NCBI GenBank assembly: GCA_023129115.1
Contig: JAGMCR010000017.1
Span: forward strand, 1-64,000
Direction of reading: 5' to 3'
Source of the DNA: Candidatus Iainarchaeum sp.
GTDB taxonomy: Archaea > B1Sed10-29 > WALL01
Length of the DNA: 64,000 nt
Shown here: piece by piece, positions 8,937 through 17,784 of the stretch
How the letters are laid out: every line of letters starts with the position of its first letter
How positions within the stretch are numbered: position 1 is the first letter of the stretch
Notes under the pieces: model-generated
What the model saw: the letters and a program-made list of their open reading frames with translations, nothing else
Databases searched by the model: none
What the model was told of the DNA's origin: nothing
Translations under genes and position numbers: made by a program

Positions 8937-9946
8937 GGGTGACAAAGCGGGCGCTTCCGGCCATCGGCGTTGTGCCGGAGACGCTTGACGACATATGGCA
9001 CCTCGAGAAGATTATCGAGAAGGGAGACCTCGTTACTGCCAGGAGCGAGCGCCGCTTCAAGACCGAGAGCGGGAAGTCCGAGCGAAAAACAGTCACGGTC
9101 AAAATCACTGTCGAGGGCATCGAGTACCACCGCGACTCGCGGAAGCTCCGCCTGCTCGGCACGATTGTCGAGGGATACCCCGCGGAGTACGTCGCAATTG
9201 GCATGCACCACACCATTGAAGTCTTGCCGGGCGTCATGATTACAGTCACGAAAGAGTCCTGGAAAAAGTACCAGCTCGATCGCCTGAAGCACGCGGTCAA
9301 GGCCTCGAAGAAGCCCAAGCTCCTCATCGTCGTGATGGACGACGAGGAAGCCGAGGTCGCGCTGCTAAGGGACTTCGGCCTGGAGAAAAAAGGCACAATC
9401 CGCTCGGGCAAAAGCGGCAAAGCCTTTCCCGCGGAAAAAAAGAGCGACTACTTCGACCAAATCGCGGGCGCAATCTCCGGCGCCGAAAAAGTCGTTGTGG
9501 CTGGCCCCGGATTCACCAAGGACAACTTCGCGAAGTGGCTCGAGGGAAGGCAAGTGTACAAGAAGTGCGTGTTCGTCGACATAGGCGGCGCGGGCTCGCC
9601 GGGAATGCAGGAGCTGCTCAAAAAGGGAGTCATTGAAAAAGTCGTGAAGGACGCGCGCGCGGCTGTCGAGGCCTCGCTGGTCGAGGAAGTGATAGCGAAG
9701 ATTCCCACCGACAACGCGGCGTACGGCATCGCGGCAGTGGAAGAGGCCTTGGACTATGGCGCCGCGGAAAAGCTCTTGCTCGCGGACAGCTATTTTTCGG
9801 ACAACAGGGACATCGCGGAAAAACTGTTACAAAAAGCGGAACAAATAAACGCAGAAGTCCACATAATCAGCACAGAGCACGAGTCCGGCGAGAGGCTGGA
9901 GCACCTTGGTGGCGTTGCCGCCACTTTACGCTTCAAGACGGGATGA
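8933..9946 (+). CDS. pelA: mRNA surveillance protein pelota (Dom34)
   Basis: PETLDDIWHL, HHTIEV, VAGPGFTK, AAYG and LGGVAATLRF motifs. Confidence 0.96.
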   Translation: MRVTKRALPAIGVVPETLDDIWHLEKIIEKGDLVTARSERRFKTESGKSERKTVTVKITVEGIEYHRDSRKLRLLGTIVEGYPAEYVAIGMHHTIEVLPGVMITVTKESWKKYQLDRLKHAVKASKKPKLLIVVMDDEEAEVALLRDFGLEKKGTIRSGKSGKAFPAEKKSDYFDQIAGAISGAEKVVVAGPGFTKDNFAKWLEGRQVYKKCVFVDIGGAGSPGMQELLKKGVIEKVVKDARAAVEASLVEEVIAKIPTDNAAYGIAAVEEALDYGAAEKLLLADSYFSDNRDIAEKLLQKAEQINAEVHIISTEHESGERLEHLGGVAATLRFKTG

Positions 9947-10549
9947 AAACTCGCCCGCGAACCGCTCCCACATCGCCGCGTTTTTCTCGAACTTTGCGTT
10001 CGCGTTTTCTATGAGCAGGGAAAAATAGTTTTTGTCAACCAATGACTCGCCCTCTTTTTTCACGGGCACTTCCATCCGGTACGTGCCCTCGAGCTCTATC
10101 TGCACGCGGTTCTCGGCAATCGAAAAGATTCCCCCGCGCTTCATTCCCGCGCAAGCCTTTACCTTCAGCAAAGCGTTTGCCGCGTCGATGTCGCGGCACG
10201 ACACGTGAAGAATAAGCGGGTCTGCCTTCAGCCAGACGAATTTTCCTTCGGCGGATTGCAGCGCAGCCCATGCGTCGTCAACACTAACAGTGTTATGCTG
10301 CTTCCAAAGAAAGTTGGAATCTTTTTTCGTGTAGTTCGGCAGGTCAATCAAGATTATCCGGCCGTAGCACGAAGAAGAAGTCACGTAGTCGGGATTGGAG
10401 TTAATCAAGTCGAGGTACGGGTTGGCCTCGGCGTCGACAACGCCCTTTTTTCTCGCGTTCTCGAGCAAGCGCAGCAGCTCTCGCTTGATGTCGTCAAAGC
10501 TTGCATGCTTCGGCCCGCGATAGCCGTGCTTGACGTCCGTGACCTTCAC
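9926..10549 (-). CDS. taw3: tRNA wybutosine methyltransferase Taw3/Tyw3
   Basis: YVTSSSCYGRI and PLILHVSCRD motifs; GTG start overlapping the upstream stop. Confidence 0.88.
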   Translation of the reverse strand: MKVTDVKHGYRGPKHASFDDIKRELLRLLENARKKGVVDAEANPYLDLINSNPDYVTSSSCYGRIILIDLPNYTKKDSNFLWKQHNTVSVDDAWAALQSAEGKFVWLKADPLILHVSCRDIDAANALLKVKACAGMKRGGIFSIAENRVQIELEGTYRMEVPVKKEGESLVDKNYFSLLIENANAKFEKNAAMWERFAGEFSSRLEA

Positions 10550-11124
10550 AAAATCCCCTTGAGCTCGTCCAGGTAGCGGATGACGTGGTCCGGCTCGAAC
10601 GAAGTCTCTTCCTCGATGGTCTTCTTCCACACGGTCTCCATCCTCGCCTTGCCCGCGAGTTCGAGGACCTTCAGCTTGTCGTCCACAATCACGCAGTCGC
10701 CGAACTGCTTATTGGCTTCTGTGTAGAGCTTCGGGTTGCTCTTCAGGTAGCCCCACTGCGGCGTGGCAACGACCTGGTCGAACAAGACACGAAGGTTCTT
10801 CTTGTCGACAATCAAGTCAAGCCAGTCCTTTGGGAAGTCGCTGAAGAGGACAAGGGGATAGCCCTTGCGCTTGAGATAGGCCACGACCTCGCGGAGCTTC
10901 GGGTCAATCGGCACGCGCCTTACCATCTCCGCCCTGCCCTTGATGGGCTCCCAGTTGTGCTTTTCCCAGAACTCGGCCTCGTCGAGCTCCCCGAACTTGA
11001 GCTTTGCGTACTCCCGCTCTATCTGGACGTCGAGCGCGTCCTTGCACATTGGCTTCAGGACGTTCGTGTGGAAATGCCCGTCCGGGCAGACCACACCGAA
11101 CATGTCAAGCAAAACAGTCTTCAC
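10546..11124 (-). CDS. HAD-family hydrolase
   Basis: LLDMFGV motif I, LFSD, KSNP and IVDDK motifs. Confidence 0.85.
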   Translation of the reverse strand: MKTVLLDMFGVVCPDGHFHTNVLKPMCKDALDVQIEREYAKLKFGELDEAEFWEKHNWEPIKGRAEMVRRVPIDPKLREVVAYLKRKGYPLVLFSDFPKDWLDLIVDKKNLRVLFDQVVATPQWGYLKSNPKLYTEANKQFGDCVIVDDKLKVLELAGKARMETVWKKTIEEETSFEPDHVIRYLDELKGIL

Positions 11125-12083
11125 TTCTTGGCCCCCATCAGGACCAGCTGCGCCAAAAACGCCTCGAGCTGTATCCTCTCGTTCGCGCCCTCGCTCACGC
11201 GGAAGCTCGCCTCGCCGATGCGGTCCACCAAAGCCACTTTCTGCTTGGCGTCAAAGTCCTCGGACGAGACAACCTCGCGGTGGACCTGCAGCAAAACGTC
11301 TTCCGCAGACAACGCATAATCATAGAGCAACGCGTCCAGGGCCTTCCTCGCCTCGAGGAACTTGCCCTTGAGCGCGAGCCCAATCATCTCGCGCACTTCC
11401 TCGGGCCGCGCGCGGGCCGAGACCTTGTAGACAGAGTCGGCAGTCACTTTCTTGGAGAGGGTCGAAGCGACCTGCAAAATATTAATCGCGCGGCGCAGGT
11501 CCCCCTCGGCCACGTACTCCAGCGCGACGTACGCCTTGTCCTCAATGCTGAGCTTCTCCTGCTTCGCGATGTGCTCGAGCCGCTTCCGGATGTCCTTGTC
11601 GCCAAGCGGGGTGAAGCGGAACAGTGCGCACCTGCTTTGTATGGGCTCGATTAGCTTAGAGGAATAATTACAAGACAGGATGAAGCGGCAGGTCCGGGAA
11701 TACTTTTCCATGGTGCGGCGCAGGGCGTTCTGCGCGTCGCGCGTCAATGAGTCGCTCTCGTCCAGGAAAATCACTTTGAACGGCACCTTGCCGATTGAAA
11801 GCGTGGCCGCGAAGTCCTTGATTTTGCCGCGGATGACGTCGATGCCCCTCTCGTCAGAGGCGTTCAGCTCCAGAATGTTCCTGCCCTCGCTCCCGTAGAG
11901 CCCGTTCGCGAGCGCCAGGGCGCACGCGGTCTTGCCGATTCCAGCACGGCCCGAGAAAAGCAGGTGCGGCATGTCCTTTTCCTTGGCGTATGCCTCCAGC
12001 CGCTCGACCACGGCCTTTTGGCCCACAACTTCCTTTAGCTCTTTTGGCCTGTACTTCTCCACCCACGGCAAAGCTAGTTCCAT
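11121..12083 (-). CDS. rfcS: Replication factor C small subunit
   Basis: PWVEKYRP, GRAGIGKT, LELNASDERG, DESD and IQSRC motifs. Confidence 0.97.
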   Translation of the reverse strand: MELALPWVEKYRPKELKEVVGQKAVVERLEAYAKEKDMPHLLFSGRAGIGKTACALALANGLYGSEGRNILELNASDERGIDVIRGKIKDFAATLSIGKVPFKVIFLDESDSLTRDAQNALRRTMEKYSRTCRFILSCNYSSKLIEPIQSRCALFRFTPLGDKDIRKRLEHIAKQEKLSIEDKAYVALEYVAEGDLRRAINILQVASTLSKKVTADSVYKVSARARPEEVREMIGLALKGKFLEARKALDALLYDYALSAEDVLLQVHREVVSSEDFDAKQKVALVDRIGEASFRVSEGANERIQLEAFLAQLVLMGAKK

Positions 12084-12158
12084 TGGGACACCTCGGGGGT
12101 ATCTATACATCACAAGATATATAAAAGATGGTTGCCACTACCTACGCGGGTGTTTCCA

Positions 12159-12527
12159 ATGGTCAAGAAAAAAGACTGGAAAGTAATGGAAAAAGAGCTC
12201 GAGGGAATCATAGTCACAACGTCCGACGAAGTCCCCGGCAGGCAGGCCACCAAGTACCTGGGCTACGTCTGGGGCACGTCGGTGCAGTCAAAGTTCTTCG
12301 GCCACGACGTCCTTGCGGTCCTGCGGGGCCTAATCGGCGGAGAAATCACGACCTACACGTGCATGATTAACGACGCGAAGCACGAGGTCATCCAGAGGCT
12401 CGTCGCGAACGCGAGGGCACTCGGCGCAGACGCCGTCGTCTGCGTGAGGATGGGCTCGGGCCAGGTATCGCCCGGCATGATTGAGATATTTGCCTACGGC
12501 ACTGCCGTAAAGCTAAAGAAAAAGTGA
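12159..12527 (+). CDS. YbjQ/UPF0145 family protein
   Basis: IVTTSDEVPG, GGEITTY, ALGADAVV and FAYGTAV motifs. Confidence 0.9.
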   Translation: MVKKKDWKVMEKELEGIIVTTSDEVPGRQATKYLGYVWGTSVQSKFFGHDVLAVLRGLIGGEITTYTCMINDAKHEVIQRLVANARALGADAVVCVRMGSGQVSPGMIEIFAYGTAVKLKKK

Positions 12528-12925
12528 TTCAAATGATACGCTATGCCACCCTGCTTCTTGGCGCAATAGTCCTGCTCTCCGCACTGGCTGTGATGGACTC
12601 GCTGCTGCTGCCACTGGCAATGATTGTGCTTGGCTTCATGCTCCTCGGCTACGCGTTCCCAGAGCTGCTGGAGAACGTGACGCCGTACAGCAAGACTGTG
12701 TGGATGCCACTCGGCTTCGTGGTGGCGGCAGTTGTCGGGTCGTACGTTGTTTTTGGGGGAGCCACTTTTGAGGTCTTCATGGGCGCCAAATGGTGCAGCA
12801 TCGAGCCGTGCACGCCAATCGGCCTCGTTATCGTGGCCTTCGTCGTCGGCTCTTTCGCCAGGTTCGGCACGCTCCGCCTGGCCGGCGAAAAGCTCGACCT
12901 CTTCGGCGAAAACATCAAGGACTGA
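12524..12925 (+). CDS. Hypothetical membrane protein
   Basis: About 4 hydrophobic segments; operonic overlap. Confidence 0.7.
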   Translation: MIQMIRYATLLLGAIVLLSALAVMDSLLLPLAMIVLGFMLLGYAFPELLENVTPYSKTVWMPLGFVVAAVVGSYVVFGGATFEVFMGAKWCSIEPCTPIGLVIVAFVVGSFARFGTLRLAGEKLDLFGENIKD

Positions 12926-12931
12926 GCCCGT

Positions 12932-14179
12932 GTGAAGGCCTACATCGAGTCCTACGGGTGCGCACACAACGAGAGCGACGCCAGGATAATCCGCGCCATA
13001 CTCAAGGAACAGGGGTTGGGAGTGGCGGGCACTCCAGACAACGCAGACTATATCTTCATCAATACTTGCGGCGTGCTCCATACAACTGAACAGCGCATGC
13101 TCTCCCGCATCCAGAAGCTCGCGAAGCACAAGGCAGTGCTGGTCGTGTGCGGCTGCCTGCCGAAGATAAACGAAAAAGCCATCCGAAAGGCCGCCCCCAA
13201 CGCGGTTTTGCTGGACACGAACTCGCTCGGCAGGATTCCGGAGCTCTTGAAAAACCCGAAAGACTTTTTTTCTGACGAGCGGGAAAACAAATTGTCACTG
13301 CCGTGCCCAACACACGGCATCACCGCGGTAATCGGGATTGGGGAAGGATGCGCCGGCAACTGTCATTATTGTGCTACCAAACACGCGCGCGGCAGCGTGC
13401 ACAGCTACGCGGTGAAAGACGTTGTTTCAGCTGTTGGGAGTGCAGTGGCCAACGGCGCACGCGAGGCTTATCTCACGTCAGAGGACACCGGGTGCTACGG
13501 AATCGATGTTGGGAGTTCGCTGCCAGAGCTATTGAATGAAATAACGCGCATTCCCGGCGACTTCAAAATCCGTGTCGGCATGATGACCCCCAACCACGCA
13601 AAGAAGCTCCTGCCCGAATTAATCGCCGCGTACCAAACCAACAAACTGTACAACTTCATCCACCTCCCCATTCAGTCCGGCAGCGACAAAGTCCTCCGCG
13701 AAATGAACCGCCAGTACACTGTTGCCGAGTTCGAGGGCATCGTCTCCCAACTGCGGAAAGGCATTCCCGGCGCCTGCATCAGCACCGACGTCATTGTCGG
13801 CTTTCCAACAGAAACAGGCGACGACTTCGAGGAAACCCTCGCGCTGCTGCGCCGCGTTCGCCCGGACATAACCAACGTCTCGAAGTTCGGGATCCGCCCC
13901 AACACTGCCGCAGCCAAAATGAAGCAGCTCCCAACAGAAAAAACCAAGGCACGGAGCGTCAAGGCGTCGAAATTAACGCGAGAGATTTCTCTTGGGTGCA
14001 ACCAGAACTACATCGGGAAAGAGTACAAAGCACTTGCACTCACCGAGGGCAGCAAGGGTGGCGTCATAGGCCGCGCTCCCAACTACAAGCAGCTGGTTTT
14101 CGAGGGCGTAGTTGGCAAGGAATACACTGTTAGGGTGACGGCAGCCTTCACGAATTACCTCAAGGCGGAACCAATTTAA
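12932..14179 (+). CDS. tRNA t6A37 methylthiotransferase (archaeal MiaB-like/e-MtaB)
   Basis: UPF0004 cysteines (YGC, INTC, VCGC), radical SAM CAGNCHYC, HLPIQSGS, TDVIVGFP. Confidence 0.92.
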   Translation: MKAYIESYGCAHNESDARIIRAILKEQGLGVAGTPDNADYIFINTCGVLHTTEQRMLSRIQKLAKHKAVLVVCGCLPKINEKAIRKAAPNAVLLDTNSLGRIPELLKNPKDFFSDERENKLSLPCPTHGITAVIGIGEGCAGNCHYCATKHARGSVHSYAVKDVVSAVGSAVANGAREAYLTSEDTGCYGIDVGSSLPELLNEITRIPGDFKIRVGMMTPNHAKKLLPELIAAYQTNKLYNFIHLPIQSGSDKVLREMNRQYTVAEFEGIVSQLRKGIPGACISTDVIVGFPTETGDDFEETLALLRRVRPDITNVSKFGIRPNTAAAKMKQLPTEKTKARSVKASKLTREISLGCNQNYIGKEYKALALTEGSKGGVIGRAPNYKQLVFEGVVGKEYTVRVTAAFTNYLKAEPI

Positions 14180-14205
14180 CCCAGTTCGAACATAGTCTAG
14201 CTCCA

Positions 14206-15414
14206 ATGCTAAAGACAGTGGCCAGGAAGGAAGGCCTTCCTGTTTCAGCAATCAAGAACGGAGTGAGCGGCGGCACCATCGTCGTGCTCGCCAGCAGCCG
14301 CAGGAAAAACCCTGTCCCGGTGGGCGTCGGCAAGGGCCTCCGCACAAAAATCAACGTAAACGTCGGCACCTCGTCCGACATCGCGCGCCCAGCCGACGAA
14401 ATCCGGAAGGCCAGGATTGCGGTCAAGTACGGCGCGGACGCGGTCATGGACCTAAGCACCTGCACGCCAGACAAAACACGGAAAAAAATCATTGCCGCTG
14501 TTAAGGCGCCGGTCGGGACAGTGCCCATCTACGAGGCGCTCGTCAACAAAGCGCTCCACGACCTCACCGAAGACGACTTCTTCAACGCAATCCAGGCGCA
14601 CCTAAACGACGGCGTCGACTTCGTGACAATCCACGCCGGCGTCACGCGCAAGGGCGTCGCCAAGACAAAAAAGCGCACGACCGGCATCGTGAGCCGGGGC
14701 GGCGCAATCCTCTCTGCGTGGATGGCACAGAACGGGAAAGAAAACCCGCTCTACACCAACTTCGATTACGTGCTCGAGATGCTCAAGGAATGCAACGCGA
14801 CAATCAGCCTCGGCGACGGGCTGCGGCCCGGGAGCATCGCGGACGCCACTGACGCAGCGCAGTTGACCGAGCTAAGGGCACTCGGCACCCTCGTCCTCCG
14901 CGCGAGGAAGGCCGGCGTGCAGGCCATGGTCGAGGGCCCCGGCCACATCCCGGTCAACCAGATAATTAAAAACGTGGAACTCGAGAAAAGGTACTGCCAC
15001 AACGCCCCGTTCTACGTGCTTGGCCCATTGGTGACCGACGTCGCGCCTGGCTACGACCACATCACCGCCGCCATCGGCGGCGCCATTGCGGGGGCGTACG
15101 GCGCGGACTTCCTTTGCGACGTCACGCCTTCCGAGCACTTGTGCCTCCCGGACGACGACGACATAAAAGAAGCAACAATAACCGCGAAAATCGCGGCCCA
15201 CGCGGCGGACATCTGCAAGGGCATTGGCGTCGAGCAGGACAGGAAAATGTCAGAGGCTCGCCACGCGCTCGACTGGGACAGGCAGCTGAGGTATGCCCTG
15301 GACAAGGAAAAGCCGAAGAAATACCTGAAGCGCCGCCCCGCCACGAAGAAAAAGAAGTGCACGATGTGCGGAGAGCTTTGTGCCATGCGGCTTTTCGACG
15401 ACTACGTTGCCTAG
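14206..15414 (+). CDS. thiC: Phosphomethylpyrimidine synthase ThiC family
   Basis: TKINVNVGTS, MDLS, TIHAG, SRGG, SLGDGLRPG, EGPGH, YDHI and CTMCGELC motifs. Confidence 0.9.
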   Translation: MLKTVARKEGLPVSAIKNGVSGGTIVVLASSRRKNPVPVGVGKGLRTKINVNVGTSSDIARPADEIRKARIAVKYGADAVMDLSTCTPDKTRKKIIAAVKAPVGTVPIYEALVNKALHDLTEDDFFNAIQAHLNDGVDFVTIHAGVTRKGVAKTKKRTTGIVSRGGAILSAWMAQNGKENPLYTNFDYVLEMLKECNATISLGDGLRPGSIADATDAAQLTELRALGTLVLRARKAGVQAMVEGPGHIPVNQIIKNVELEKRYCHNAPFYVLGPLVTDVAPGYDHITAAIGGAIAGAYGADFLCDVTPSEHLCLPDDDDIKEATITAKIAAHAADICKGIGVEQDRKMSEARHALDWDRQLRYALDKEKPKKYLKRRPATKKKKCTMCGELCAMRLFDDYVA

Positions 15415-15454
15415 CTGGCAAAGGCTTAAATAATTCCTACTGACAAAATAAGGC

Positions 15455-16201
15455 ATGCGCTTGCTTACTGACTCACTAGCGGCTTATCTGGACTCATTGT
15501 CACTCATCTCTGTTTTTGGCTTTCTTGTGTTTGCAGTCATGCTTTTCCTGCTCGGCACATTCACCTACGTCGTTGTTGGGGCGGGCTTCGTCCGCTACGC
15601 AGACGTCCTCGCGGGCGCAATCCCAATTGCGGACGCAATCATGCTAGTCATTGTTGCGGTGGTGAGCCTGTTCTCGGTCTCGTTCCTGGCGACGGCCGTG
15701 ACCCTCATAGTGAAGATGAGGCGCTCGATGGACGACATCCAATTCACCAAGCTCTTGGTAAAGTTCCCGCGCTACGTGCTGCGGCTGATGCTCGCGTGGG
15801 GCCTCATCGGCGTAGTGACCTTCCTCATCGGGCTCGTGTTCAACGCCGTTGGCCTGCCGGGGTTCCTGACGGCGCTCGCGATGCTCGTGCTGTGGGCGTT
15901 CTTCATTTTCCTGCCGCAGTCCATGATTCTCCACGACAAAGAGTTCGTGGACGCGCTGAAGGACTCCGCAAGCTACTGCGTCAAGAAGCCGCTGGGCGTC
16001 ATCGTCTATTACGTCATCACAATCGCCATGCTGGCGATGCTCCTGGTGATTGACGTCGGCCTCGGCCAGACGACCATCTTCTGGCTGCCGGTCCTCGTGG
16101 ATACCCTGCTCCTGTTCCTGTTCGTCATCCCGTACCTCGAGGTACTGAAGGCGAACCTTTACCTCACGCGTTACAGGCTTTTGCTGAGTGGGTTAAAGTG
16201 A
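15455..16201 (+). CDS. Hypothetical polytopic membrane protein
   Basis: About 6 hydrophobic helices; TATA upstream; overlaps pyrG start. Confidence 0.75.
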   Translation: MRLLTDSLAAYLDSLSLISVFGFLVFAVMLFLLGTFTYVVVGAGFVRYADVLAGAIPIADAIMLVIVAVVSLFSVSFLATAVTLIVKMRRSMDDIQFTKLLVKFPRYVLRLMLAWGLIGVVTFLIGLVFNAVGLPGFLTALAMLVLWAFFIFLPQSMILHDKEFVDALKDSASYCVKKPLGVIVYYVITIAMLAMLLVIDVGLGQTTIFWLPVLVDTLLLFLFVIPYLEVLKANLYLTRYRLLLSGLK

Positions 16202-17784
16202 AGTTCATTGTTGTTACCGGAGGAGTGCTGAGTGGGCTGGGCAAGGGCATCGTCACCAGCTCAATCGGCAAGCTACTCGAGTCGCGCGGCTACGGCGTCA
16301 TGCCCGTGAAGTTCGATGGCTACCTGAACATCGACGCCGGCACCATGAACCCCTACCGCCACGGCGAGGTCTTCGTCCTCGACGACGGCACCGAGTGCGA
16401 CATGGACCTCGGGAACTACGAGCGCTTCCTCGACATCACGGCGGTCCGCGCCAACAACCCAACGGGAGGAAAAATCTTCGAAAAAGTCCTCTCCAAGGAG
16501 CGCAGGGGCGAGTACCTCGGCGTGGACGTCCAGTTCATCCCCCACGTCACGGGCGAAATCAAGGAGTGGGTGCGCGGGGTCGGCCAGGACGCCAAGGCAG
16601 ACATAGTAATCATCGAGGTCGGCGGCACGGTCGGCGACATCGAGAACTCGTACTTCATTGAGGCGATGCGCGAGCTGCACCAGGAAGAGGGCGACGAGAA
16701 CGTCGTGTTCTGCCACGTTACCCTCGTGCCCAAGCTGAAGGTGGTCGGCGAGCAGAAGACCAAGCCCACGCAGCAGAGCATCAAGCACCTGCTCTCGATG
16801 GGCGTGCAGCCCGACTTTATCCTGTGCAGGTGCGAGGAGCCGCTCGAGGATGGCCCGAGAAAAAAGATCTCGCTGTTCTGCAACGTGGACGAGGAAAACG
16901 TAATCTCGGACCACGACTGCGACACGATTTACGAGGTGCCGTTCATCATGGAGGAGAGCGACTTCGGCGAGAAGCTGCTGAAGCGCATCGGCCTCAAGGT
17001 GAAGCCGCCCTCCATGCTTGACTGGAGGGCAATGGTCGACAACATCAAGAGCCCGGACAAGGAGGTCACCATCGCAATCACCGGCAAGTACACTGCGCTG
17101 AAGGACTCGTACGTCTCGATAATGGAGGCGCTCACGCACGCGGGCGCGCACCACCGCGCCAAAATCAACCTGAAGTGGGTCGAGACCACGGCCATCGAGG
17201 AGGGCAAGACCACCGCCAAAAAGGCTTTGGGGGGAGTGGACGGCATCATCGTGCCAGGCGGGTTCGGCTCGCGCGGCACAGAAGGCAAAATCGAGTGCGT
17301 GAAGTACTGCCGCGAAAACAACATTCCCTACCTTGGCCTGTGCTACGGCTTCCAGATGGCGGTCATCGAGTACGCAAGAAACGTCTGCGGCATCAAGAAG
17401 GCGAACTCGACAGAGGCCGACCCCAAGACCCCAGACCCAATCATCACAATCCTCCCGGAATCGTCGGGCGACCTCGGCGGCACCATGCGGCTCGGCGCCT
17501 ACGACGCAATCCTGAAGAAGGGCTCGCGCGTCGCTGAGCTGTACGGCAAGGAAAAAGTCAGCGAGCGCCACCGCCACCGGTACGAGGTGAACCCGGACTA
17601 CATAGAACAGCTGGAGGAAAAGGGCCTCGTGTTCTCGGGCCGCTCCCCGGACGGCCGCTTCATGGAGTTCCTCGAGCTGCCTGGCCACAAGTTCTTCGTC
17701 GGGACCCAGGCGCACCCCGAGTTCAAGACACACCTGGAGGAGCCAGCGCCATTGTTCTACGGATTTGTCGGTGCCTGCTTATGA
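16198..17784 (+). CDS. pyrG: CTP synthase
   Basis: TGGVLSGLGKG, KTKPTQ, PGGFG, GLCYG, ERHRHRYE and AHPEF motifs. Confidence 0.98.
   Translation: MKFIVVTGGVLSGLGKGIVTSSIGKLLESRGYGVMPVKFDGYLNIDAGTMNPYRHGEVFVLDDGTECDMDLGNYERFLDITAVRANNPTGGKIFEKVLSKERRGEYLGVDVQFIPHVTGEIKEWVRGVGQDAKADIVIIEVGGTVGDIENSYFIEAMRELHQEEGDENVVFCHVTLVPKLKVVGEQKTKPTQQSIKHLLSMGVQPDFILCRCEEPLEDGPRKKISLFCNVDEENVISDHDCDTIYEVPFIMEESDFGEKLLKRIGLKVKPPSMLDWRAMVDNIKSPDKEVTIAITGKYTALKDSYVSIMEALTHAGAHHRAKINLKWVETTAIEEGKTTAKKALGGVDGIIVPGGFGSRGTEGKIECVKYCRENNIPYLGLCYGFQMAVIEYARNVCGIKKANSTEADPKTPDPIITILPESSGDLGGTMRLGAYDAILKKGSRVAELYGKEKVSERHRHRYEVNPDYIEQLEEKGLVFSGRSPDGRFMEFLELPGHKFFVGTQAHPEFKTHLEEPAPLFYGFVGACL

Noticed and set aside
14180-14205. 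TPP riboswitch before thiC
   Set aside because: Only 26 bp intergenic, with no aptamer motif.
16273-17733. Long antisense ORFs (also 6403..7248, 38550..39749, 39833..41293, 35652..36554)
   Set aside because: Mirror frames of well-supported genes, expected from GC-rich third-position bias; no recognisable motifs.
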